64,000 nt of DNA from an uncultured Pseudomonadales bacterium (GTDB lineage: Bacteria > Patescibacteriota > Microgenomatia > UBA1400 > PJMF01). Where the stretch lies: assembly GCA_964574595.1 (NCBI GenBank), contig CAZNOF010000003.1:80280-144279 (forward strand), written 5' to 3'. The position numbers were made by a program, and so were the translations under genes. Within the stretch, counting starts at the first letter, position 1. The number at the start of each line of letters is the position of its first letter. The notes under the pieces were generated by a model. It saw only the letters and a list, made by a program, of their open reading frames with translations, was not told the DNA's origin and made no database searches. Positions 29,901 to 38,700 of the stretch are shown in pieces.

Positions 29901-30248
29901 AGATAATCGGATTTGAGCCTCAGTAAACATGATCAGGGAGTTTTTTTGATCTTGAGAAAGGCCTACAATTTTGTCGATAGTCTTCTCCAAGGAATCCATC
30001 ACCCGTTCTTGAAGACCAAAAATCTGAATGTCATCATCAAGAGTTGGTGTTTTAGAGGCTTTTTCGTAGGCTTTATCAAAATCTGGCTTAAATCGAGTTA
30101 TAAGCGTCAAAACGTCATCAACCGTTTTAATATTGGCTGGATCAATTGCTTCGGTCTCGAACGAATGGACAGCATTTGTTAAAGCCACTATCTTATCAGC
30201 AAGCTCAACTTGTTCTGCATCGTCTCTAACTTCGTGGTCAAATCGCAT
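26955..30248 (-). CDS. Large (1097 aa) hypothetical soluble protein in the T4SS-like locus
   Basis: The long uninterrupted ORF has no recognisable catalytic or NTP-binding motif and is D/E-rich. Confidence 0.5.
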   Translation of the reverse strand: MRFDHEVRDDAEQVELADKIVALTNAVHSFETEAIDPANIKTVDDVLTLITRFKPDFDKAYEKASKTPTLDDDIQIFGLQERVMDSLEKTIDKIVGLSQDQKNSLIMFTEAQIRLSRAINSPKVEYAEPQKKAAQQALRQITDEGHILAQSIPAERNRIDGIIQGATDAYNRSGLEDIDPLKNPYEDGEHDLEPAIDRIDTTLFKEPNKADSITNELRAYAKKVSTKGGRKPLDQGEEERVNEILRYATIQREDADSKSPLFAEAQKLEHLIRELLHENNVARLGGSQDARRRDFLRPSLLDDDFPADMDGLIQMMIGSYDQEIQEAEVLGRIMAAAKDAGTDMPGSLRDEDREFLRDFKDRFSQFFNRQLLQLQESFDLKDSDNQKYLDEFTLYMNQYLEWLKRLNKYSGATVPPGGVGGPPRTPGIPEDKEASRIPNGLMRRFLSSPEVGFREDQIAALGNEELKQLMWGWYFRQMDNDVGPGHLYQESGFDPRKMSFPGVANTPVDFTAIVGNMPEGAILNDDLYTMAQVFLASKRMYEYRQRKAEFTGAVSTPEAVYTGVIALEPFKIKDKVIPIPGIREKPTAGFPAIPDVIPERPGTFYHAQLKTIGDYTREAVLAVYNKTILADNPDSKYDILFNPTEAIKKISDHLRGANPNSTFFDAIAKFSGIYIEGAMQRGIFDEKVRRDFYQLSYLVNTGDTRAKYVKEEGRNSGSPGLELTIPFFHELYKPPLQRYPQKFAYDATKHPQAMAALDGQRRTFLRWLLDGNVPSDAIPTNGFPEGIAKKEEEAVGHSEKMLEAITKGTGLDWLSVASEVPRMDKSTFVTFNKHQAEKLTGLERAAFYYWNNDYKWPLKSKTEYDELMKIWTNPARADERITRGLPLRTFKRDHDGHYLDAAGNAIEEDLIHRIKAGDTSIPDPRAIEYVEMFTPKMCLMGNQADHALGHLLKHNEINKQQYDFLSGGLARVMDDKVDDQCTALIQYQMEIIFIAELMEIRKDGAKFNKWRENPEKNIKAIKEMLSHEAYLNYRGGWRQVYYNQSTLPRTDVMGRITGQEIPEGKYTGFGLLSERRVNDLLVAAGLMNYRKFEQKKK

Positions 30249-30264
30249 ATGAGTCTAACTTAAT

Positions 30265-32262
30265 CTATTTTATGGTGGCTATTTTCTGATTGTACTTAAG
30301 CACAATCGGTTTTAAATCATCCACTTCTTCTGGATTATATAACATTCTGTTCAGGATTTTAGCTACATTCCCTTTTTGGCTTGCCAACACACCTGGGGAA
30401 GCAGAATCAATTAAGTGATCTAGGGTCATTTTTAAGAGGTCAACACTAAATGTTTTAGAGGTTTTTACGACATCCATCGTCAGACCAGCAGCAGTTGCCC
30501 ACTCAGCAATTTGCTCTTCATGAGTAAGCTCCTTTTCTTTGACAGGATCTTGTGGATTTACCTCTTCAGCATTTGCTGCTGGTGTTGAGGTCTCATCACT
30601 AGTTTCTGAGGTCGCTTTTTGTTCTGGTGGCTGTGAAGCAGCCTTTTCTTGTGGCCGCTTTGGTTTAAATGTCTCATTCACGGGTTCTTGCACAGGAGCA
30701 GCTTTGGCGGCAGCATCTGGAGCCGATTGGTTGACTTGATCTGTGGTTGGAGCAGCTTGAGCTTTAGGATCTTCTCTTCTCACCCAATCTTTAGCTCTTC
30801 TCACAAAGCCGTCAAATGGACTGCCACTGTTTTTACTTTTTTCTGAGTCTGGTTGGTCTGCTTGAGGTGTCTTGGCTTGAGGTTCTGGAGCGGCTTTTGT
30901 CGGCTGTGCTTGTGGTTCAGCAACCGGAGCTTTTTTCTCGGCATTCGGCTGGACATTCGCAGGTTGAGGCTGACCGCCAGATTGGCGAGAACGCTTAATT
31001 TTCAGAACCATCTGTTCAGCGCCTCTTTTTCGAGTGGCAACGGGACTGTAATCTGCAATCGCTTGCCAAGCTTTTTCGTTATTTGGATCATCTTTGGTAA
31101 CTTCTTCAGCTAAGAGCAGAACTTGCTCTAGATCATTTCGTTCAATTGCCATTTTTAATGATTTAAGCAACGCTCCCACTTCTGCATTAATTGGAGTTTC
31201 TTCAACTTCTGGAGCTGCGGCTTTAGCATCCTGTTTTGCTGGCTCAGCTGCTGATGGGACTGACTCAGCCTTTGGGGCTGTTGGAATGAACGTGAGTCCA
31301 TAACCATCAAGCAGTTTAATAATATCTGGATTTGGTGGGGTTGATGGATTTACTTCACCAGATTTATACAATGGAAGAATTTGCTTTAAATAATTGTGTC
31401 TTTGACCTGGATCCTCAGCAGAAAGACCTAAGTCAGCGAGAATCTGTGGGTTCTTTTTGTAATCAGGAACGGCTAATAAAGACTGCTCGATACGCTTCTT
31501 TTCGGCATACGCAGCTTTTTTGACATCAGGATCTGATTCTTTATCAGTAGCAATTTCATGAAGATCAGTTAGGATTGCCCAACGTGCTTTGACATCGTTG
31601 GTTGCAGCCAATCGCTCACTACTTTTCGCAATTTGGGCTATCAGAGGACTTTCCGCTTGTGCATTGGCTGGAGGTTCTTGGTCTTGAGCCGGGACCTTGG
31701 CAGCTGAAGCTGGTTCTGCAACAGGTGGAGCTGATTTTAATTTATCAAGCTGTTCTTTTAATTCTCGATTTTCATCTTCAAGCTTCTGTTTTTCTTGTTC
31801 TAGTTGCTGGATTTTTTCTTTTTGCTCAGTAACTTCTTGTTGTAGTTCTTGCGTGGCGGCAGTCACAGCCTCAGTGGTTAACTCTTCAATCTGTTTTGGA
31901 TCTAAGGCAGCCTTCAGAAGGATTGATTCGATGACTTTACGAACGACCAATAACTCATTGATCTTTCTCTCACTCGCCTTTTCAATAATCTTGACTGATA
32001 TTTCAAGTTCAGGGGTTTTTTCTGCCTTTGCTTTATTGGCGATTTCAGTCACTTGAGCAATCAGCTGGTTTACCTCTTTGAGCGTTTTGGTTAGTTCTGA
32101 ATTATAGACATCATCTGATTTATTTTCCCTTTGTGGAAGCTCTGGTGAGGCAATTCGGACTATTTTAGACCAGTCTGGAGTGTAGGAAAGGTCTAGTTCA
32201 ACGACTTCTCGAGCAATTACTTCTGGAGTGGGGATATACTGTTGTTGTTCTGGTAACACCAT
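30265..32262 (-). CDS. Coiled-coil protein with P/A/Q-rich low-complexity central region (665 aa)
   Basis: It contains the heptad coiled coil QELQQEVTEQKEKIQQLEQEKQKLEDENRELKEQLDKLKS and long PEPQAKTPQADQP-type tracts. The overlapping plus-strand small ORFs are shadows. Confidence 0.5.
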   Translation of the reverse strand: MVLPEQQQYIPTPEVIAREVVELDLSYTPDWSKIVRIASPELPQRENKSDDVYNSELTKTLKEVNQLIAQVTEIANKAKAEKTPELEISVKIIEKASERKINELLVVRKVIESILLKAALDPKQIEELTTEAVTAATQELQQEVTEQKEKIQQLEQEKQKLEDENRELKEQLDKLKSAPPVAEPASAAKVPAQDQEPPANAQAESPLIAQIAKSSERLAATNDVKARWAILTDLHEIATDKESDPDVKKAAYAEKKRIEQSLLAVPDYKKNPQILADLGLSAEDPGQRHNYLKQILPLYKSGEVNPSTPPNPDIIKLLDGYGLTFIPTAPKAESVPSAAEPAKQDAKAAAPEVEETPINAEVGALLKSLKMAIERNDLEQVLLLAEEVTKDDPNNEKAWQAIADYSPVATRKRGAEQMVLKIKRSRQSGGQPQPANVQPNAEKKAPVAEPQAQPTKAAPEPQAKTPQADQPDSEKSKNSGSPFDGFVRRAKDWVRREDPKAQAAPTTDQVNQSAPDAAAKAAPVQEPVNETFKPKRPQEKAASQPPEQKATSETSDETSTPAANAEEVNPQDPVKEKELTHEEQIAEWATAAGLTMDVVKTSKTFSVDLLKMTLDHLIDSASPGVLASQKGNVAKILNRMLYNPEEVDDLKPIVLKYNQKIATIK

Positions 32263-32402
32263 AAATTCCTTGAATCTTCTCTGGCTTATTTTACATCTTC
32301 AGGTCATAGAAAAAAACAGACCAATTGTCTCTCATTATTATACGGTGATAACGAGTGAAGTTACAAGGAGTTATCAGGTGTTTTTATAGCACACGGACAC
32401 CA

Positions 32403-33734
32403 TTATGCTGCGTTAGGGAGCTCTTGATCGTTCTCTGTCTGTGATGGCGGCTGAGATGGTCGTTGAGCTTCTGGTTGAGGTTTGGATTCGGATGGAGTTG
32501 GAACAGAAGCAGCAGGCTCTGTAAAGTATTGGTCAAAAACATCCTCATCATTCTTTAAGTCCTCAAAGAAATTCCCAATCTCTTGACTAAACATCTTGCC
32601 ATATTGACCGGTAAACTCTTCAGAAACTTTTGTCCGAATAATGTGCCAACGAGCATTCACTTTATCCTCACCGTTAAATAACTCGTGCAAGAAAAGCTCC
32701 ATAAACTTCCTCATGGATTCAGGATCACCCTCTTTTGCCTTGGCAAATTGAGCTTCCATATCAGGGCTTCTCATCAGGCTTTTAAGTGCACCGTCAGAGG
32801 CATCATAAACTTTATAGAGCGCTTTAATAAAATCTTTTTGGCCATCTGGGCGCTTCAGCATACCTTGAAAATCTGATAAATCAATCACTTTTTCACCTTG
32901 TTCTTTACTTGACTCAAATTTGCCGCCAGAGGATCTTCCGTAACTTGTCGGGTTCATTAAGAAATCTAAAACGGTACCAAGGTCAACATCCTTGAAAGTC
33001 TCAAGATAGCCGACAGCCCATTGCATGCCTGCCTTCTTAAATGAGTCCAACCATGTTTTCTTTTTCTCTTCAAACCGAGGACTGCCTTTTTCTTCACCAG
33101 AAATTACAGCAAAGGCATCATCCAGATTTGTGGTCTTCAAAGATTCCGTTTCTTCAGCTACTTTCTCTTCTGCAAGTTTTTCGATATCCGCTTTAATCTG
33201 CTCGTCGTTTCTTGCCATGTAATCTTCAATAAACTCGGCAATAAACTCTTCTCTATTTGTCTCAGGTGGCTCGTTTAATAAGGCTGCTTCGGCTGCTGCC
33301 AGCGCATCCTTTTGATACTTTTCTGTCACCTGCCGCATCATCTCAGGATGAATTTTTGCCCGAACCACAGCGCTAATCTTTCCATCTTGTCCCCAATACT
33401 CATCGTATTTTGCTTGAACTGCTGCAATTTCCTTTTGCTCGGCTTGGTTCATTTCCGCCGTTTTCTTAATTGTGGCAATTTGTTCTTCGGTAAAGGCGCC
33501 AGAGGCAATTAAGTCATCAATAGGGACACTGTCCTTTTGCTGCGGGATGGCAAGGCCTTTTTCTTGATCATTAGGAGCAACTTGGGCGAGATCTTTTGAC
33601 CCAGTTGTTGTCAAGGTAGTGGTTTGTGCATCAGGAAGATTGATATCTGGACCAGTGGTCGCATTTGGATCAACCGGCGCTGGCTCTGGACTAGGTATTT
33701 CTGTAAATTCGCCTTCTGAAATTTCTTCATTCAT
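32403..33734 (-). CDS. Acidic hypothetical protein (443 aa)
   Basis: This E/D-rich ORF has no recognisable motif. Confidence 0.45.
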   Translation of the reverse strand: MNEEISEGEFTEIPSPEPAPVDPNATTGPDINLPDAQTTTLTTTGSKDLAQVAPNDQEKGLAIPQQKDSVPIDDLIASGAFTEEQIATIKKTAEMNQAEQKEIAAVQAKYDEYWGQDGKISAVVRAKIHPEMMRQVTEKYQKDALAAAEAALLNEPPETNREEFIAEFIEDYMARNDEQIKADIEKLAEEKVAEETESLKTTNLDDAFAVISGEEKGSPRFEEKKKTWLDSFKKAGMQWAVGYLETFKDVDLGTVLDFLMNPTSYGRSSGGKFESSKEQGEKVIDLSDFQGMLKRPDGQKDFIKALYKVYDASDGALKSLMRSPDMEAQFAKAKEGDPESMRKFMELFLHELFNGEDKVNARWHIIRTKVSEEFTGQYGKMFSQEIGNFFEDLKNDEDVFDQYFTEPAASVPTPSESKPQPEAQRPSQPPSQTENDQELPNAA

Positions 33735-33951
33735 ACCATCACTATACCAGTAAAGCTTTTTTGGTCAAAACAGGAAAATGCGATTCTTGAAATGGCTTTT
33801 CAATAGTGATAGGTTGGTGATAGTTTTAAACATTCCTTCGGAAGCTGGTGAAAATCCAGCACTGTGCCGCAACGGTGAGAGCAAATGCTTAAGTCCGATC
33901 TGAAGGAACTTCTTTACCAGGCTACTGGCTAAAGAATGGACGAGCATCCAT

Positions 33952-35793
33952 ATGTCAAAAGAGACCCCCTTCTACTCAGAAGCGGCTGACTTTCAGCCCT
34001 CAAAAGAACGTTTTAACCCAGAAGTAACTTCACAGGAGTCATTGTGGCGAATTGATTTTATTTTAAAACGATATTCTCAGGGTGACTTAACTCACCCTCG
34101 GGAAGCGCTCAGAACAGATTTTCAGGCTTTAGCCCATGAAGAACTCCTAGCTCAGCGGAAAATGTCGTGGAGTCGAGAGCTGCATGACTATGGCACAACT
34201 GGTGGAGGCTACGATGATCCTCTTCAAAGAATGACCCAAAACTACGTCTCCTATATCGGCCGAGAAAATGGCGATATCAGTCGGGCGATTCTAGAAAACT
34301 TGATGTTAAAAGAGACAGAGACTATCGCCGCCGAAACAGCGGAAGAACCAGGCACATTCATGGTTTGGATTAGTCCACCTGGTCCAGTAGAACAAGGCTA
34401 TCAAGGTATTACCTCAGCTCAAGACTGGACTGCTCCGGAAAAATTCCCTTCCAAAATCTACATTATGTGGTCTGAGGGCGCCGAAATGAAAACGGTTCAG
34501 TTAACTGGTTGGCCAAATGTGGATCAGCTCGTTTCCTTCTGGGAGAAGCTCAATGGCAAACCGTTTCCTCATGGCGATAAAGAAAATATTTTGCTGGAAC
34601 TCATTGCCAACTTGACAGTGAAAAAGGACTTTGCGGGAACACCTGAAGAGTTCGTGAATCAGGTTTCGCAAGATTTCTTTGCTTCTCAGGAAAGCTGGAG
34701 CAATGCCGTAGAGATGCCCAGCGTGAATCCGGAGAAATTTGATCAAGAAGTTGAAAAAGGCTGGCAAGAATTTTATTGGCCAGAAGTTCAAAAGTTGTTA
34801 AGCGTCATTCCGAAAGATTTAACCGACAACGATCCATTCTGGAGCTCTGAAGAATACCGGCAAGTAGTTCAAGAACTTGACTTGGCTTTTGCTTATTACT
34901 TCAGAACACTTAGTCTCTTTGTTTCTCAAGGTGATAAAGCAAAAATGATTCCCTGGCCAAAAGTCAGAAAATCATTTCATTTTGACTGTGATGTAAAGGT
35001 GTATGGCAAAAAAGCATCTGTTCGAGAGATGAAAAATCACACTGCCGTCTTGAGGACATTCATGGACATCGGGAACAAAGGATTTAGTGTCTCGCAATGT
35101 GGACTACTCGCACCATTCCCAACAGCGCTAAACGCAATGAAAAGCGCCGGGAACTTTAATGGTGTGCTAGGACTGAACGGGAATTTTAAGAAAGAATTTT
35201 CCCCAGCATATGCTGAAAAACTACAGTCGGAGGAGTATCAGTTAAAACTCGCCGAGTATCAACGAATTCAAACAGGTAATTACCAAGAGCTCACATTGAC
35301 CGTGAATGGTGAAGATGTTCACTACATGGTTCCGGCAGACTTTTTGACTGGCAAGGGATGTTTTGTGGCTGAAGTTGATGGCCAAGAGGTTGCCATGGGA
35401 CCGTGTGATATTCCGCTAGACACCATCTTTAAAGACCCAAATGAAAATCTTGTCTACAAAATGTCTGCTTTAGAATTTGCCGAACATGCGAGGCAACTCT
35501 ACAACTTTCTATTTGCTGATGAGCTAGAAACAGCGGCCAATAGTATTGACAAGAACCCACAGCTTTCACAAACAGAGAAACAAAAGGCGAAGCAACTACT
35601 TGCTGAGCTCGAAACAATTATTTTTAAGCCAACTATCGGTCTAAGTGAGTTGGTCGCTGGCGTGACACCATTCAATGAAGATGCTGGTCTGTACTTGCCT
35701 GGACAGATTACCCAACAACTTCATCAGTCAAAGAATCCTATAAAATTGCTGGAAGAAATGGTCTTTTCCACGTCTGTGTTTAGTAGCTCTTGA
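33952..35793 (+). CDS. Hypothetical protein (613 aa), translationally coupled to the downstream giant protein
   Basis: Its stop overlaps the 35790 start (ATGA). Confidence 0.5.
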   Translation: MSKETPFYSEAADFQPSKERFNPEVTSQESLWRIDFILKRYSQGDLTHPREALRTDFQALAHEELLAQRKMSWSRELHDYGTTGGGYDDPLQRMTQNYVSYIGRENGDISRAILENLMLKETETIAAETAEEPGTFMVWISPPGPVEQGYQGITSAQDWTAPEKFPSKIYIMWSEGAEMKTVQLTGWPNVDQLVSFWEKLNGKPFPHGDKENILLELIANLTVKKDFAGTPEEFVNQVSQDFFASQESWSNAVEMPSVNPEKFDQEVEKGWQEFYWPEVQKLLSVIPKDLTDNDPFWSSEEYRQVVQELDLAFAYYFRTLSLFVSQGDKAKMIPWPKVRKSFHFDCDVKVYGKKASVREMKNHTAVLRTFMDIGNKGFSVSQCGLLAPFPTALNAMKSAGNFNGVLGLNGNFKKEFSPAYAEKLQSEEYQLKLAEYQRIQTGNYQELTLTVNGEDVHYMVPADFLTGKGCFVAEVDGQEVAMGPCDIPLDTIFKDPNENLVYKMSALEFAEHARQLYNFLFADELETAANSIDKNPQLSQTEKQKAKQLLAELETIIFKPTIGLSELVAGVTPFNEDAGLYLPGQITQQLHQSKNPIKLLEEMVFSTSVFSSS

Positions 35794-38700
35794 GCGCTAT
35801 AATTACAGAACACGTTATGTCTCTTCGCATTAATCAGCAACTTCGGAACCCAGAAGGAATAGCCAGACTTCTTGAGAGAATCAAGGATGGGTTAAGCGTT
35901 CGGTCCCCCGACTATATTAGTGCTAATACTATCTTTTATCTTGATAAAGATTTCACAATTGAGGGAACAGCTCCCTTTCAAGCCGATCAACCAATTATCA
36001 TTAATCCAAATGCCAAGAAATCGGGAGAAATTGCCGACAAAGGTGGCGCTCCACAAAGTTTAACGTTATTTGACGTCTTTTTACTTTTGAATCAGGCTTA
36101 CGCCGAACTATACGACCCCGATTTCAACAAAAAATACGTTTCAAATCAGCCAAATGGCCGACAACTTGCTTTTTTTGAACATCTAAAAGAAACAAAAGAT
36201 AATTACCTAGCGACAAAGGCTCATGAGATTGAATCTGGTAATGTCACTATTCCAAATAAAGAAGAGTTACTCACGGAGATTGTTGAAAGTTTGGCAGAAG
36301 CCATAGAAGCACTTTTTGCTGAGGGACAAGGGGCTGAAGAAAAAAAGGAAGATAATCGAACGGAAGAAATTCCAGAGTGGCTTAAGGCTGCCTTGGAAGA
36401 ACCTTTGCGGGATAAAAAGCACTGGAAACTCATTGCTGAAATAATCAAACCCAAAGAAGACAAAAAAGGCTTTTTAGAAATTGCTATTGACCGATATCGG
36501 AATATTCAGTCGCAAAATCGAGCAGATTTCCCGGGTATACAACTCAAAACAAAAGAAGAATTGATCTCGATTGTAGCCCTCAGAAAATTCCTCAACGAAT
36601 GGGCTGAAAAAATTCTAGAAGAAGATACTCATGACCCTTTCAGACATTTCAGATTTACATCTGAAGCTGATAAAAACTTGATCTTTTTCCCAGTAGTTGA
36701 TAAAGGAACAGCGGTTAATGATCTCGAGCTCGTTCAAGACTTGGATGTCCAGGCCGTTCGATCATTTAAAGAATGGCTGCTTCTTCCACTTGAAGAGTAT
36801 GAAGACAAAGAAGATGGCGAACACGTAAATGGAACCGAGCATGAAGATGGTGGTGGAGATGAAGGTGATGACAAAACTGAGAAGAAAAAAGCCGACCTTC
36901 CTAAGACAGATCAAGAAAAAGAAGAACTCATCAAGAACCTCAATGAGCATCAAGCGTTTGTGCGACAGGAAACGCTTCGTCTGCAAACCATTGCTACGAA
37001 CTTTGTTCTTTCTTTTAATAACCTTCCAACCTCACTAGGTAACGACTTACTTGGCACTGATAAGCACATCTTCTTTGAATATTTTGAACGAGAAATTAAC
37101 TCTGAAATCATGGAGATGCTGAGTCGAAATGGTGATGCTCTAAATGATGAGAATCGCCGTGCTCAGATAACAAGACAGTTCTTGTTTAGGTTAATGGCCA
37201 ATCCTAAGTTCCAAGCTCACTTAGCACTACTGAGAGAAAAGTACATTGACGTTCAAATTGATAAACAGAACCCAGATATTCCGGCAGAAGAACGCGCCGA
37301 ACTCAAGAAGCAACTCCTTGAAGACCTTATTCAACATCCTAAAGCAGACGTTAATCAACTTTTAACTGAAGTCTACTCAGCCATGAAGGTCTCTGCTCTG
37401 GCTGGTCTTACAGAGACACAAGAAAAGCAGATTCGCGAAGAACTCGTCAAGAAACTTAATTCAAACCCACGTTTGAATGTTGATGCTTTCTTAACTGATA
37501 CCTTTGCCGCCGTGAAAGTAGCTTCTGGTGTTGGTGGCTTGTCAGCCGGACAACAAGTTGAATTAACAACCCGTCTCAAAGCCGGCCTCGCCAAAAATCC
37601 AAAAGCTTCAATTGATGATCTTCTTAAACAGTTGTATGCAGAGATGCAGGCATCCGCTTCTCCACTCACAGACGCACAACAAGCTGAGTTAAGGAAACAG
37701 TTTCAAGGAAGGTTTAGTACGAACCCACTTGATCGTATTGAGCTCATTTTAAATGAGATTTATGCCTCAGTTCCTAATTTATCGGATGCACAAAAAAATA
37801 CTCTCAGACAACAACTCACAGCAGGTCTTTCCAGAAATGCGGCCGTTAATATTGATGAGATTATTAAAGGTCTTTCAAAGGAATTACCAGCATCGGATCC
37901 AAATAAAGCTGTTTTCAACACAGGCGCACTGACTAAAGATCATTTTCTTGAACTTTTGAAGTATTACGACCTAACTCCTGAACAACAAAATGCACTGTTT
38001 GAAGGCGTGGACTTACTCATGTTCATGAGAGTCTCACCAGAGAGAATCTCTCGATTCACGTCAGCCCAGCTCATTGAAATTTTTGGCGTAGATATCTCAC
38101 AGCTCCCTAAAAATCACGGTGATGAGTTCGTAAATATTCTCACTTCATATTTCATGCTGCGTCGACAATGGTTTGAGAAAGAATATAACTCCGCATCCGT
38201 CAGCCAAGCTCAAGACATTATCTACAATGACCGGGCACTCACAGATGAAGAGTTAAAACTCTTGTTAGAGCAGAAAGCAATGATTAAGAAAAGTGGTTTG
38301 GGTGCCAAACACTTTGTTCGTGCATCAGTTCTGACGAAAGCTCAAGTAGCTAACTTTAAATCTTCCGGACATGCAGAAGCCGAGGAAACAGAAGTTGCCG
38401 CCAATCTCCTCCAAGAAAATCGCAAACGCCTGTATATTGAGCTCGCTAAACAGTTCGCTGAGCAAGATGAAGAGTACCGAAAATACTTAATGAACCAGGT
38501 AGGTGTTCATTTTAATGATGCCAATTTCTTAAATTTAATTGAGACAAGCATGGACATGTCGCCCTTTGAATATCAAAGTGGCGTGGTTACAAATGAAGAT
38601 CAGCAAGTTATTCATAGTGCGGCGCAAGCAGAGCAAAACTATGCTGAAGGAAAGAAAGCTGGCTTTTCTAATACAGCATTAAGTGCGGTAGCAGACGAGG

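Noticed and set aside
30539-32056. Seven small plus-strand ORFs (30539-32056) overlapping the 30265-32262 coiled-coil gene, and minus-strand 38858-39193 inside the giant protein
   Set aside because: These low-complexity, GC-skewed regions generate open frames on the opposite strand. The compositions (Cys/Ser/Phe-rich, Ala/Pro-rich) are typical artefacts.
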